The translations under genes were made by a program, and so were the position numbers. This document shows positions 25,415 to 39,773 of a stretch of 64,000 nt of DNA, in pieces (positions within the stretch are counted from its first letter, which is position 1; each line of letters starts with the position of its first letter). The notes below the pieces were generated by a model. The model was not told the DNA's origin. It ran no database searches and saw only the letters and a list, made by a program, of their open reading frames with translations. This stretch comes from Octopus sinensis (Eukaryota): positions 32,302,001 to 32,366,000 of the forward strand of contig NC_042999.1 in the NCBI RefSeq assembly GCF_006345805.1. Reading direction: 5' to 3'.

Positions 25415-26290
25415 AGTTATAAAATATCAAGAGAGAAATTAAGAAAATGGATACAAAGACGAGAAAAATGTAAACGATATACGGAGCTTTCCACCCTAAG
25501 AGTGACATCCATAGGCAGAACTTGTCCAGGGGAAAGGGTGGAGAGGTTTTACCAGTTGTGAGGACTGCATCGAAGCAGAGGAAAACAGCTTAGAGTGGTA
25601 TATAAAAAAAAGCCGTGCCGTTTTTGTTGAAAGACACGAAGAGGACGGGCGTCATTAAAACGGAAATTTGTATAACTAAAGAAAAATTTTAACAAGAAAT
25701 GAACAAAAATAAGGTAAACAGTATGGAATGAAAAGAAAACGTACGGAGATGTGAAAGCAGGGGGAGATACAGAAGACCAGTCGCTGTGAATAAAGAGGAG
25801 TGACCTGAAAATAACGTCGGAAACACTGATATGCGCAGCTCAGGAACAATTGTTAAGAATCAACTATATGAAATGCATAAAAGACAACACTTCCGATGGC
25901 GACAGATGCCTAATGTGTGGTGACAAAATTAGAATAGCAAAATCTCGTGGGATGCAATTATCCAGTGTGATCGCCGACCAGACATTGGAAACCGGACATT
26001 GTTGTGGTTAAAAAAAAGAACGTATGATAATCAACATAGAATGCCCTGGAGACAACAAGGTCAATGTGGAACAAGAAGAAAAAAATAAACAACTATGGCA
26101 ATTTGAAGTGGTAAATATGACGGCTGTGGTCGCTGAAGAGAGTTACCAATTGGTGCGTTTGGAAGCATCAGCATTCAACTGCAAACATGGCGAAAAAATA
26201 GTAGTGTGAGTGTGAATGAAGAACACCTACAAAAATTAGGATTGCTTGGAACTGAAGGAATTTTTCGAAGTATTCTTGAACCATGACCAG
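25415..26290 (+). mobile_element. R4/Dong-type (restriction-like endonuclease) LINE 3' remnant
   Basis: KMDTKTRKM*TIYGAFHPKSDI...GKGGRGL..CEDCIEAEENSLEWY; LKITSETLICAAQEQ..RINYMK; RCLMCG; WDAIIQCD..PDI; IINIECPGD; LLGTEGIFRSIL. Confidence 0.9.
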
Positions 26291-26582
26291 TAAACAAGTG
26301 ACATCTTGTCTGCTGGCTATGAACAGTTGACACTTTCCATCATACGCAGCAAAATAAGCTGTATGTTTTTTACAACAATAACAATATAGTAACAAGAGCA
26401 CTCAGAGAGCGCAAACCTCACCAACGTCATATACACGACTAGCCAGAGATGATTTTTAAAATGAGCATATCTCAAATAAACTTCACTGCTCTCACAAACG
26501 AGAATACTAAAATTAGCCCGACCACTCTCAAAAGTTAAGTAAAACAAAAACGGAAAATTTATCTATAATCATTGTTCCATAC

Positions 26583-26769
26583 CTGATCGATATCACTGGT
26601 AGACATGGAAAGTGAAAGCGAGTGTGGGAACCGTGTTTGTAATGCGTTGTGTGTATCATCTGCAGTGGGAACAGGGACAGTCTTCTCTATGAAGGCCTCT
26701 TTTTAGTCTATCCACTGCCGCAGTGTCTTTACGACCGTTAAGGTCTAAAGTGAAAATATTTATCCGTGT
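26583..26769 (-). other. Candidate spliced exon, coding status uncertain
   Basis: Acceptor ctttctgttttgtttcag and donor CAG|gtatgg; visibly GC-richer than its flanks. 187 nt; becomes a 62-codon open frame if one A of an A5 run is removed; otherwise could hold ATG (MSTSDIDQ). Confidence 0.4.
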
Positions 26770-26850
26770 CTGAAACAAAACAGAAAGGACCTCCATATAG
26801 TGCTGTTAACGGAGGTTTAACAACTTCGTCTACAACAAATATATGCTCAA

Positions 26851-27258
26851 TACCATAGATTTGCTTGTCAGTTGCTTGACCCTAACCAGTTTAGCATGTC
26901 ACTTAGTCGCTATCTGCATATCTGGTCACGAGCTGAAGTTGAGGAAGAGCATCATAGCCATGTGTTGAGAGGAATTCTTTGGGGTTTGAATAATTCACTT
27001 CTGGAAACAGAGGTGTCTCGCTGAACATCATTAAACAAGACGTATTCTAGGCCCGTTTAAGAGGGATGGGCTACTCAATAAAAGGGAATTCCTAAAAGAG
27101 CCCCACCTGCAATGTTATGTGCTATTTATCTTCATGTGAGATCATCAGGTCGCGCACATATAATTGTGATGCATGATGGATATATTGGGCTTCGTATATT
27201 TGCGCTGCAATGTCCATTTCTTGGAATGCACTGCTCTCTCACTTAATAACAAAGCAAT
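26851..27258. mobile_element. Interspersed repeat remnant, probably a LINE terminus
   Basis: Non-coding block ending CACTGCTCTCTCACTTAATAAC directly before a trinucleotide array. Recognition-based only. Confidence 0.35.
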
Positions 27259-27259
27259 A

Positions 27260-27260
27260 G

Positions 27261-27321
<61 letters not shown>

Positions 27322-27440
27322 GATTACGACGGTGATGATGATGACGATGATGATGATGATGGTAACGATGAAGATGATGATGATGATGATGATGATGGAG
27401 ATGATGATGAGGAGGAGGAGGAGGAAGAGGAGGAGGATGG

Positions 27441-27487
<47 letters not shown>

Positions 27488-27500
27488 GTGAAGATGATTT
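27260..27500. repeat. (GAT)n/(GGT)n/(GAG)n compound microsatellite
   Basis: Direct reading; explains the poly-M and poly-H ORFs. Confidence 0.95.
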
Positions 27501-30500
27501 CCGTACGGTATCAACATTGTAAAGAAATAGGCATAAAACGTAAAGAAATAGTTACGGCATTATCATTGATGAAAACAGGTTTAAACCCCATCTACTCGTA
27601 TTGATAAAAAACTAGAGTTGGTTTTATTAGATGTGTGTCTGAAAATCCACAAACAGCTGTAGAGATTGGATGACAAATAGGAAAAGTGAAGTGAGCAATT
27701 CTTTTTAACAATTGTTTCATCAGACGTCAATATTATTAAACTTTTTAACAATTGTTTCATTAGATTTCGATATTACCGAACTTGCAGTCTACGGGCAATT
27801 ACTGATTATCCATTTAATGCTATTTAAATGACACATATCGAATAGGACTCATCAAATTTCCGCATAAAAGCAGCATGCTAATTACAGAATGTAAGACAGA
27901 AATGTAACCGAAGAGCAATGAATGATACCAAGCGGGACAATTTTAGCAAGTTAATTTTTTTATGACAAATTTCGTTTACACATTGCAGCTTTGATTGAGA
28001 GTTTTGTTCTGTAGTGTACTTCTCTTACAGATAAACCAACTCTCATTTCCAAGCCACTGACGAAATCTGCCAATATTGCCAACTAACGAAAGCTTCCATA
28101 TAGCGATTGTCCTCATTTGTATTGTCACTTCTTTTATAACAATAAGATCTGGAAATTTATAATGATTAATATAATGTTTCGCATTCTTTGCGAGTCTTGT
28201 TATCTCACCTAGAACTATGGCTTTTCAGCAAGTAAAATGGGTGTGTTTCTTTATTATATTTTATAGTTGAACGAGGTAGGAAACTAAGCCACCTAAATTG
28301 GTGTTGGCATATAGCCACAGCTGAATGGCGGATAATATAAAAAAACCATAAGAGAATCTTAAATAATTTTTCTCTAAAATATATTTTAATGTTTGAGTAA
28401 TACTGTAAAGTATATGCATAAAAGTAAAAAAAGATTCTATAAAAAAAAATATTCCGAAAATATTATATTCGCCAGTATTTTATTTATTTAGTTTTGTAAT
28501 TGGATTCGTTCTGCCTGATCATTGTAGCGATTTTATTGAAGTAATCTCCATACTGCGCACATTTGTTTTCATTTAAGATTTATTTGAACAATAGGTTCAT
28601 ATTTTTATTTCCTACGATTGTTTTTATGTTTGGTTTTCAAAACACAAAAGTTATTATAAAATTAATGTACTTCAAAAATTGCAATTATACATCAGTTTTC
28701 AAAACTGAAATCACAGAGAATGGTTTCTCCTGTTACAATAACAAAAATAAAAGCAAGAAAATGAAAGCGCCGCATAATCAACTGTTAACATCGTTATATG
28801 CTAATGATGTTTGTTGCAGTTCGTTTCAATGTTTTCCTGTAAGGCACCTTCTTAATGCTTCAAACATGACGCAGGCAAATTGATGAAAGAAATAAAATAC
28901 AATATTCTAATATTATGCCTTGAGGACGATATAATTTGCTTTCTGTTACATTCACTATGTACACAAATTACAAGAATAGAATTTAGTAGCATAATTACAA
29001 ATTCATATTTACAGAATAGTGACTAGAATTATTTAGATTTCTTTAACACACTATTATTTATTGAGAATAGCAAACGACAAGCGAGGCGAAATGTTGTTTT
29101 GAAGATTGGTAAAAAGGAACAAAATCCAAATACAAAACAAATGATATTTCTAAATATATTTCTACTTGGTTCTTTATTGTGCAGCTGAATTGGGTCTTAT
29201 ATCTCTGTGGATATCTTAATTTCATTGCTATTATTAACTTTTTTCGAAAATTAACTTTATTTCTCTTTACAAATTTTGTCAGTGTTGACAGACAATAAAT
29301 TGATATTATTTTCACTTATTTGTCTCATTGTTCGAATATTCCACACGAGTTAATGCGTTGATAAATTTGATAGATTTCTGAGATAAAGCTCCATCGACTC
29401 ACGCACTAATTATAGAGAACAAGCGCCTTTCGATTATATACTTTTGGAATATCTGTTTTTCCTTTAAATCCTACATAGTTTCCACTAGAATTGATTTTGC
29501 CAGACCTGCCTGATCAGGATTTACCTTGGGAAGATGGAAACATACTATACGTCACCTATATGCATTAGTATGTGTATGCACATGCTTCTTCTATGTTATG
29601 CCAGTCACCATTGTCATTCGTTCATATGTACTATCAATGCAATTTTCTAAACTGAACGCAGCAGAAAGTATAGCAAATTTGCACTAACATTACGTAAGTG
29701 CTATAATTAAGGAAAGAAAATCATTAGATTACATTGCCTTTCCTCCGTTATTCAGAATCAGATGTAATCATGAATTTTATAACAACTTCTTACTGATGAC
29801 AGATGTAACTATCATTCCTGTTTCCGCGTTCAAACCTCTGTGTAAAATAAATTTGTAACATCGAGAGATGACGAATACTAAATTTTTTTGGGCGCCCGAT
29901 CTTATGATTTTATTATATACAAAGGTTGCCTTTGTGCAATTTACTCCAGTCCTGACATTTTCTTTATACTTTGAAATGGATATACGATGAGAAATAGGCT
30001 ATCCTTTATTTAAACATGTATATATACAGAATAATATTAGAGAATTTAACTGCCATGAGAACTTTCTAAATTCGTCATTCTGTAATATACACAATGTCTG
30101 TTATTTATTTTGTGTAATAAAGTATTACAAAATATTCCTACTGCTGGGACTGCAATGAAATACCATAAATGCATAAAGAGTAAGAATTATTAGGTGACGA
30201 CCACATACTCAACATAATATGATATATTTTGTTCATAACTAATTTTGTCAGTGCGGTAGTTTTATGCTATGGATACCAAGGGACATTTCAACCGGAATCA
30301 GCTATATGAATCGTTATTATTGATTGTCATGTACGGGAATAAATACCATATATTTAGTTCTTCGATATAAAGTGCTTAGTGTCGTATTATTATGCTTTGG
30401 ACGTTAATAACATCGTATTATCACAGAAAAGCCGTATACTGAGGTACTATAGTGATTATAACATATTCATGAGACAGATTCTCGCTCTACAACTAGTATA

Positions 30501-32699
30501 GTGACACTCCATAGCGATCTTAAGATTGGATTTTGAATAATTATTTTATAGAATTAGATATACTAAAAGTTGGAAAATGATATCAAAAGGAAGGCAACAC
30601 AACGTTCAGTTGTAAATTGTAACGTTACTCAATTAACCAATCATTTTAATCACAAACTCTACCACTCTCCCTATACATTTGTTAACACTCTTCCAATATT
30701 AATGTATTTTAGGCTTCATATCTTTATGCTATAGGGGGAAGAATAGAACGGAAAATAAAAGATGTGTCCTGGCTCTCACTATAATTCTCACTGAAGCTGA
30801 CATTGCTCTATTCTAAGACAAATATTTACTATCAATATGATCAATTGACTTCGCCCATACTTGGAAAATAAAAAAAAACTATGCGAGTACATTTCATGCA
30901 CATTTATTCTTCGGGCATTTTAGTGATGCTTGTGGCTATTAGTGTATATCATTATACATTAAAATAAATTGGTATGATTTTATCGTTATTCTGAAACTAT
31001 AGAGAATACAACGGTCCTGATAAGAGATATAATAATATTCGTTGATGCTTTGAATTGGCACCTCTACTTGACAATATGAGATTAAGTTACTATGAAATAT
31101 CAAATCGGTATCTCATTCGCTGCACTTCATATGTGTTACCAATTATTTAGAATTTCCTTGACTTACGATAGCCTTTACCCAACTGCAATATAAATTTAAT
31201 GATTTCCTCTGTTCCTAAGTTTTGATTTCAATGACTTTAGGCTGCAGATTTCGTTAGTTTTGCGTTTCTCGTGTGAGTCCACTATTTAAAATTATGGTTT
31301 ACAGCTAGTAGTGCTGTATTATATCTACAGTGTATAATCAAAGTTCAACAGAAGATATAATATCACCAAATGAAGATTTCACAATGATTGTAATATATTT
31401 ATACCGGTTATGCTTGAAGCGTATAATTTGCATTGAAATTCGTCGGCTTAGGACCTCTAAACACTATACATTATGTGAATCAAGTATATATATTTTCAGG
31501 ATATTTCAATATTTAATCATCGTCATCAGTATCGCTACCATCATCGCCTTCGTCGTCGTCGTCAGTTGTCACCTCATCATCTAATCGGGAGACTTAACCG
31601 GACCAATGCTACCCACACTTCCCAGACGTCCCCATCGAGCAATACGCCATAAAGATCTGGCTCGGGTATCAGTCACATTAAACTTTCACCAGATAAAATA
31701 TCTCACATCTGGAAGCTACGACTACAGGTGATGATAACAGTAGTTTGTTTAGTGAACTGGGTGATCCTAAATGCAGTCAAACTGTTACTATTCCATTCAT
31801 TCAGCATCAGTAATATTCTGCATTAATAACGTAGATTTATTTGCAGAAATATTATGCATCATCCATGCTGCATGCCATTATTTAAAAATACCCTGTTTCG
31901 GGATATATTAAGTCATACCTGGGGCGAGCTAACAATTGATAATAATCGGAGTTAGAGAAGACCTGTTGAAATAGCGTTTAAAAGTTCCACGCTTCTCAGA
32001 ATTCTGGACATCCCGAACCAGGACAACTTTACTAGATGAAGTTTAAAATGAGACTCAAAATATTTTGACATGCATTTGCCTAAAATTAATGGTTAATCAA
32101 TTATTGGCATAAAAGAATATTGCGCAAGGCATCAACGAATTGTAAGCAAAGCATAAAAGAATATTACGCAAGAATTTCTTGTCATAAAATGGTTAGTATA
32201 TATTTAAATAATAATGTGAAATTATTACTTTCAAGCTGCTTTACAATCGTGGTTAATTATTTAGGAAAGAAGAGGCTTAACACTGGGAGAAGTGACGAAT
32301 TTATCACTAATTAATATTTATCGATTTGTTTTAAGGCGTGTATGTAGACATCACATTACATATAATCCTACAACGCAAAACTAGTTTTCACTAGTGCTCT
32401 ATTTACTTGTTATAAAACGATACCAATATTCTGAAATATTGATCCCAAAATTATACACAAGAATCACTTTTATGCAAATGTTTTGATTAGAGAGGTTTAA
32501 ATAAGAGATTTTTTAAATTGTTAAAGTTAGAGGCGCATACAAATCTGAATCATTAAAAACTATCATTTGATTTGTGTCGGCGGAAAAAGAGAATAAGATT
32601 AAAGAAAATGTATATCAAAGTAAATATTTTTCTTCTTTCGGCAAAAGAATGTTCTTTTATCAACAAAGCTTCCACTTTTTGAAAGAACAAGGACTTGAG

Positions 32700-33250
32700 G
32701 AGGGACATAAATGTAGAGCCAAAATCCAGATACTTTGTTATGCAGTTTTCTAGTTTCATGCGGGTCTCTAGTATGGTTTCAGCGTGTTCCATTATTTCTG
32801 TACAAGTGATGGGTGTGGAATATTTTTGGGGTTGCTAATTATTGTTGGATAGCCTTTGTGTTTCGTACATGATATGGACGTTTTGTGTTATGGTTTCACT
32901 GACGCATTCTGATTATCTTCTTGGATTTTGAAATAGTGTCACGAGGATTTTTATGCTGTCCCTATTTGGTAATTTCTTTATGTAACATGTGAAAAACGTG
33001 CATCGTGTTCGTTATGCTTTTGAATAGAGAGTGGCATACAGATCTCCTTGCTTGTGACTGTGTTTAAAGTTTTATGAGATCTAATATATCTTCAAACCTG
33101 CTTTATTTTATTTATTCTGTATGCATCCTCAAGGCCTAGATTTATTCTTACACTTTCCATCCTGCAAAAGTTCCTTCTTTCCAATTTAAGATCGTCTTTC
33201 AATTTGAGAGTCTGTCAATCTCCATTCGTAAGAATTCAGTATTTTAATGA
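32700..33250 (-). mobile_element. Probable PLE RT C-terminal (thumb) remnant
   Basis: Minus KQGDLYATLYSK..RTRCTF.TCY and RLSNNN*QPQKYSTPI resemble PLE TD.Y.K.TD.H.YL...S.H / L...KYP. Confidence 0.35.
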
Positions 33251-34571
33251 GACTATAAAAAACGTATATATGATGGCAGTGCATTTATATATCATTATTC
33301 CCAGGTCACCCTTAGCCGAAAATAAGAGTGACGAACTTGTTGTGTGATATATTTAGTACTTATTAAAACACTTCATGTAAGTTCTCTCTCAGAATTATTT
33401 TCTTACATTTAGCGGATAGAAATCTGCCACTATTTCGCGTTTAAACGTAATATCTGAAATACTAAAATGTTACAGACTTCATGGTCTGCGCTCAATTTTA
33501 ATCTCTTTCGTCAGTTTTATTTTTATCTATTTAATGCGAACATGTATTTTCGTTGTTGTTCTTTTATAAATAATTTAATTCTGAATTCTCATGACTACGA
33601 ATCCTGAAACTGTTTGCACACAATCAGGATAACCGCATTTCGTTACAGCTTCCTATATTGTTGATCTTAGAATATTGATTGAATGCGAATTAAATTCCAA
33701 ATACTATTTTCAAAAATTGTTATAAAAGTATTTATCTAAATAACGTAAGTGGTTTAAATTTAGTCCAGCGTTGAACTTGATATAACGCAGCAACAATAAC
33801 GTGTGAAATGTGCTATTTTTATAGAGTAGCGTATCTATATAGAGTAAGATTTATTCAGACAGTGACTTTATCTGAAATTAATTCCGTTAGCAATTCGAAA
33901 GAAAACTAGATAAAACCTAATTACATACAAGCACATTCAAATTTAGATTCAAGTGAAAAAGAAAACACAATATACTAAAATACAATATTTCATTTAAGGT
34001 AACACAACATGAAGTCACTCTTCATTGTCATTGTCCAAACTGTGACACAGTGGCTGTGAACATTGTCCTTGGATACGATTTAATCCATTTTAACACCTAA
34101 CATATTATTGTTCATGACAATTCATACATGGTTGCTCAATTTACACTGCAAATAAATCAATTGTCTCTATAATTCACTTAAAGCCATTTATAGCGGTAAT
34201 TTTCAGATTTTGTCAACCAGAGTTTATCGATTAACACAGACGTCTGTATTACAACTGCGCTTTCAGGAAATTTTACAAACGAATAAGATTACAAGATATA
34301 AAAAGTATGAACGTGCTATGCCGTTATACATGTAGGCACATTCTTGTATATGCGCGTGTGGGGGTGTGCATGTGTGAATGTGTTTATGTGTGCATATACG
34401 TCTATGTTTGTGAACGTTTGCGCGCCTGTGTCTGTGTGTGTATACATTCATACAGATGTGTGTCTATCAATTTTTCCATCTACCTATCCATATGGATAAG
34501 TCGATAGAGAGAAAGAGAAAGAGAGAGTGAGAGAGCTAAACAGAAAATCTTATATATGACTGTGCAGGTAT

Positions 34572-34603
<32 letters not shown>

Positions 34604-34661
34604 GTATATGTGTGTGTGTGTGTGTATACCTGCACAGCCATATATATATATATAATATATA

Positions 34662-34701
<40 letters not shown>

Positions 34702-34859
34702 TAATATGACCTAGGTAATAATCTTGTAATGTGCTTTTCAAATCTTCTCTCCGTGTATCAGTTACGAAATGTTATCTTAGAATTGTGCTTCCCCTGGTAG
34801 CAAAGCGAATAAAATGTCTTCTAAATTATGCAAATGGTAACTGACACTGACATCCCATT

Positions 34860-35272
34860 TTAACAGATATATTTACCGAAATAAAATTAAAATATCTTGG
34901 AATACTAAAGATTAAACTTATTCAATAAAATCGTCATTAACTTCAGCCGCGGCCTCGGAATCCCCGGCGACTCTTCTGGACGGCCACGTATAAGTTGGTG
35001 AACGCTGCTAATAATCAGTAGTTCTGTTGGTCTCTCATTCAACTGCGCCCCACACATAATAATTAAGGGTGTTGCAGTTTGGGGAGTAAGGTGGCCAGAT
35101 GGTAGGGATGATGTGGACACAGAAATTGTCTGATAGCCATGACTGGGTTTTCTTGTTGTTTGGCATGGCGCACACTTCTGTTGCCAGATATAGGAGCTTC
35201 CAGCAGCCACCCTTTTAACCCAGGGCAACAATAGCTCCTGCAGACACTTAATGTATGCCTCCGTGTTTAGTC
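34860..35272 (-). mobile_element. IS630-Tc1-mariner (maT/DD37D-like) transposase 3' remnant
   Basis: RLNTEAYIKCLQELLLPWVKRVAAGSSYIWQQKCAPC, then after a frameshift WPP.SPNCNTLNYYVWGAVE (cf. WQQDSAPCH / WPPNSPD.NPLDY.VWG). Truncated at (GATA)n. Confidence 0.85.
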
Positions 35273-35273
35273 T

Positions 35274-35457
<184 letters not shown>

Positions 35458-37294
35458 AAATGCAATTTAGAGAATTAGTGAGTAATGTGCCAACTACTGA
35501 TGTTCTAGTAATTACGGCTGTCTTCAACTCGAGGGTTAGATATGTTTCATAATATGATATGCCTCGTGTAAGCACGGTGTAGGAAAATACAGCCGAAAAC
35601 GTTTTTAACTGCTCAATCTTGGACATCGACTTTTAAAACATGCAATTTCGTTGAGCTACAGAAATAAATATACAACGCATTGAATGCGTGCAATGTATAC
35701 GAATTGTAAATTCATTGATTATGTTTTAGTCAAAAAATCTGACATAAGACATGCAGTGTTTGCACAATTGCTGGTCAGAAAGCAGGTCTGACAATCGACA
35801 AATCGGGTCAACGCTCGTACTAAGTATAAAAAAAGCTAGATACACTGGGCCTAAAGTACCAAAGAAACTATATATGACAATTTTCCAGTTTTTCTATGCC
35901 ATCCACAATTGTCTTTAGTGCATTAGATTCCACACTTCAGTCACTGGGAAACGTTTGGTGTGAAATCGATGAGATTCAATAACTCGGATTACAGAAGCAA
36001 TCCCGAAGCAGGTGACTTATGTAAAGTTGAACAAAATCTAGTTTTAATGACTATTGTAGGCGACTAATAAGCTCTGAGATGTATCTGGTTGCAATGGTTG
36101 CAGGACAACCACAAACAAGTACATGAAGCTGGATGTTGCAGGGATACTAAGGCATTTTCTCTTATATTAAAGATTTGAATGATTGACGACTGCCTTCAAA
36201 ATCTCATGTAAGAAACGGAGGTGATCAGTCATTGGTCATTAATAGGTAATTAGTCATTGGTCATTTTTCATTGGGAAGCATTTAGCATTTATTTCTCTTA
36301 GCTCCTTAACATATACTCTAATGAAGGCATCTATATTGAATCCATTAAAAGGTATCCAATTTTAGAGGAAATAGCATGAGAACCAAATAAAATAAGGCAT
36401 TAATTCTTCTTTTAAAAATTATATAACAATACATCTCCTGATGCAGGTGGTATTAAAAGCTGGAGGCTTCAAGCAAACTGGAGAAAATGGTAGATATGTG
36501 ACACAGCAAGATCCCATTGTCAGAGAAAGGCAGAGGTACTGAAATACTGAGTTAAGTCTATCGCTGTCCGTTTTTTACAGTCGGTGCCAAGGAGCAATGT
36601 GGGAACATTATGAACATTTCTCTAGTATCACTTGTATGTAAAGTTCTATGATGTGAATGAGAGCGAGGTCTTTATATATATATATATATATATATGAGTC
36701 TCTGTGTGGATGTATGGGTTTAGGGTTAGATGTGGATGTGTATGTTTTGCTTGTACGGTGTGGTGGAGGTCGGGCGGTTCTCAATTGACCAACCGTGATG
36801 AAGATAATGATAATTTTAAATTCAAACCCAATAGTGTATTTATGCCATAAGGAAAATTATTAACTGGAACACGGACATACATATATTCCACTCTGGATCA
36901 TAATGTAAGAGTTATTAATAATATTATGAATGATAACAATGATAACATTAATTACATTAATGGTATTGACAACGATAATGATACTAACTTTAATGACACT
37001 TTAGAAACTATTATGAAGTAATATAATGTACTATTGACTATGTATATTTGCATCTAGGTATTAATTTATGTATGTTTATTATCACAATATTAAGTCGAAA
37101 AACTGAGACATTGAGTGTGGAACACATATATATGTTTACTAATTTATATTATTTATTTATATCATTATGTAAATGTATATTTTTATATGTATAGGAGTGT
37201 GAGTATATGCACTCATATGTATATATATATGTTGTATTGCGGGTACGCACCCACACCCATGTGGGTATATATGTAGACTGAGTTATATTACATA

Positions 37295-37421
37295 ATCTCC
37301 GAAGAGGCCTTGTGATATTTTTGTTAATGTCTCATTTATATCTATATATTGACCAACAATAAAGGGCTAATATTGGTAAAATGAGACATAATTATCGACA
37401 TGGCCGAAACAGCTGTAAGGT
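37295..37421 (+). ncRNA. Type I hammerhead ribozyme motif with long stem II
   Basis: ATCT-CCGAAGA-GGCC...GGCC-GAAA-CAGCTG-TA-AGGT. Core variant U4C; stem II includes ATGTCTCATTT/AAATGAGACAT; palindromic stem III ACAGCTGT; GUA cleavage after 37417. Confidence 0.7.
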
Positions 37422-37866
37422 CTAATTTATACTTATATTTATATTTACTTGTATTTATATTCTCCTTTATATATATTCTACTTATTATACAGCATTACTC
37501 TTTTATGTACACTTTTTTATGTACATTCCTTTTTGTACACTGATTTGTTCTGCTTTTTATATTTAACCCTACAATCTCTTATGTGGCGGTTTAATAAAGT
37601 ATGTGATTGAGTATTATCTGGTAATTGATATTTGATTTAGATGTATTTCTCCATTTTCTTATCTTGTATTAGTAATTTGTGGTAAATCATTTTATCTTTG
37701 CCCATATAATACAGTAAATGAATTGATTGCATCGCAATCATTAACATTTATGTATTAACTTTGTTGGGTACTTCACTAGCAGTATATTGGATATGCGTTA
37801 TCCCATAGAGGGTTGCATTTACAACCCCTATCTCAATTTGTATATATATATATATATAATATATAT

Positions 37867-37915
<49 letters not shown>

Positions 37916-37989
37916 CACTCTCTACTATTGTTTTCTTGGACCCATATGCTTACTTTTGCTTAAATTTTCATGCACTTAAATATTTGTGA

Positions 37990-39000
37990 ATATAGTGAAA
38001 GCACTTCATAAAGACATGAAAGCCAGGCTAACATTTGTGGAACTCTTTCTCAGCTCGTTGTTGTAAAGAATGTTGTGTGGCAGGTAAACCCGATGCACCC
38101 TCCCGTTTTGCAATATATTTTGCTGACATGATCTATCATGCTCCCTAAGACAAAAGTGAGGAACATATGAAAGATGTGTTGCCATTGGACGTGTATTTGA
38201 TCGAAGGATGAGATTTAAGAGTAAAACATTCATTATATTAACATACCTACTATATAGTGAAGATTACGACTGTGTCAGTCTTACAGATAATGGATTTCCA
38301 TCGTTGATTTCTGCATTTGATTTATTAGGTAATATCTTGGGTTTAACTATAAATTTAAAGAAAGCGATAGTTTTGAATTATAGTCTACCTTGTCAGTTAT
38401 GCCACAACCTCACACATGAGTGAAAGATAATCAACTTTGGTGTATTGAATCCACATATATCATGAAGATTGGAATCAGAAATATGGCAAAGGAGTCAGAA
38501 GGCAGCAATGTCTCTTACTAGTTTAGGGTTTCGATATCTGGTAACAAAGACATAATATCAATGAATCAAACATATCTGTTTACAAGTCGTTTGTATTATC
38601 CGTTCCTTCATACTACTCTGAAACTTGGATATGTTACAAACTTCTCTTCTGACTGATGTAACGATACCATCGAAAATTCTTGCACTGTATTCTATGAATA
38701 AAATGGAATTCGTTAGCCTTGTTCTAGATGCATCTTGTATTTATTCCATCCATGTAATAATTTTGGATAATCAACTGTGATGGTCTGGATATATTGTCTG
38801 CAGTGTCGAAGAAGGTCCCCTTAAGCAATTTTATGGCGAGCTTGTACAGGAGTAGAAGAAATGGTACAATGCAAAACAGGACATACAAGGATGCATTAAA
38901 GCAGAACTTGGTGAGTGTAGAAATAGTTAAATAAATGGTAAAAGTCACAGCGTATCGATCTATTTGTCATTGAAAACCTGGTTGGTGTGACTACAGTCTA
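37990..39000 (+). mobile_element. RTE-type LINE reverse transcriptase remnant
   Basis: LLYSEDYDCV...LGLTINLKKAIVL ~ LLYADD / GLTINLKKT; VLSVPSYYSETW; QL*WSGYIV; PLKQFYGEL; YKDALKQNL. Confidence 0.85.
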
Positions 39001-39459
39001 ATACAGGTAAATATGGGGAGCAACATGGGTTTATAAAGGAAATCACGATAGTGCAAGTAAATATTAAGAAAAAAGAAAAAAACAACTGCCACTGAAAATA
39101 TGAACTTGGTGGAATATATTCAACTTGAATATTTTGAAGTAAAATCTAGTTGTCTGCAGCTAGACGTTAATTTCACATAGGAACAAAAAATAAGGTGCTC
39201 TCTACTAATTCTTATATGCCAATAAGTGTGTCTTTATCACTGTCACATATGGCATAATATTTGAAAATCTCGAAAAGGTTTATCCTACAGACACCACAGG
39301 CACTTCAAGCTGCATTCAAACTGGTGTGCAATTCATGTAAACGTCTTTCAAACGTATATTTGGCCAACAACCCATATTAGATGGTATACAAGAATTGAGC
39401 ATCGTGAACACTGAGATACTAGAACACTGTGTTGAGCATACACCCAACGTATCTCTTTT

Positions 39460-39660
39460 ACTTGTTTCACTCATCAAACCGCAGCAGTGATAAGACAGCG
39501 CTGTGATTTACTAGTCGAACGAATCGGCTCCAGGCGTTCTTTGTTATCAAACATGGTCCTTATCTATCGGTCTCTTTGCCAAACCGTTATATCATGGGGA
39601 AGTAAACACAGCAACACGGGCTTTCAAGCGGAGTGGGGTGCAAATACATACATAAAGAGA
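39460..39660 (-). mobile_element. SINE family A 3' half, degraded
   Basis: TTTTACTTGTTTCA...CTATCGGTCTCTTTGCCAAACCG...GTAAACAC. Confidence 0.7.
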
Positions 39661-39728
39661 TGCGCACATGCATATATATGTGCATGTGTGAGTGTGTGTG
39701 CGTGCGTGTATGTGCGTGTGCGTGCATG

Positions 39729-39773
<45 letters not shown>

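Noticed and set aside
35800-36620. Possible retroelement coding relic
   Set aside because: No diagnostic motif recovered in any frame.
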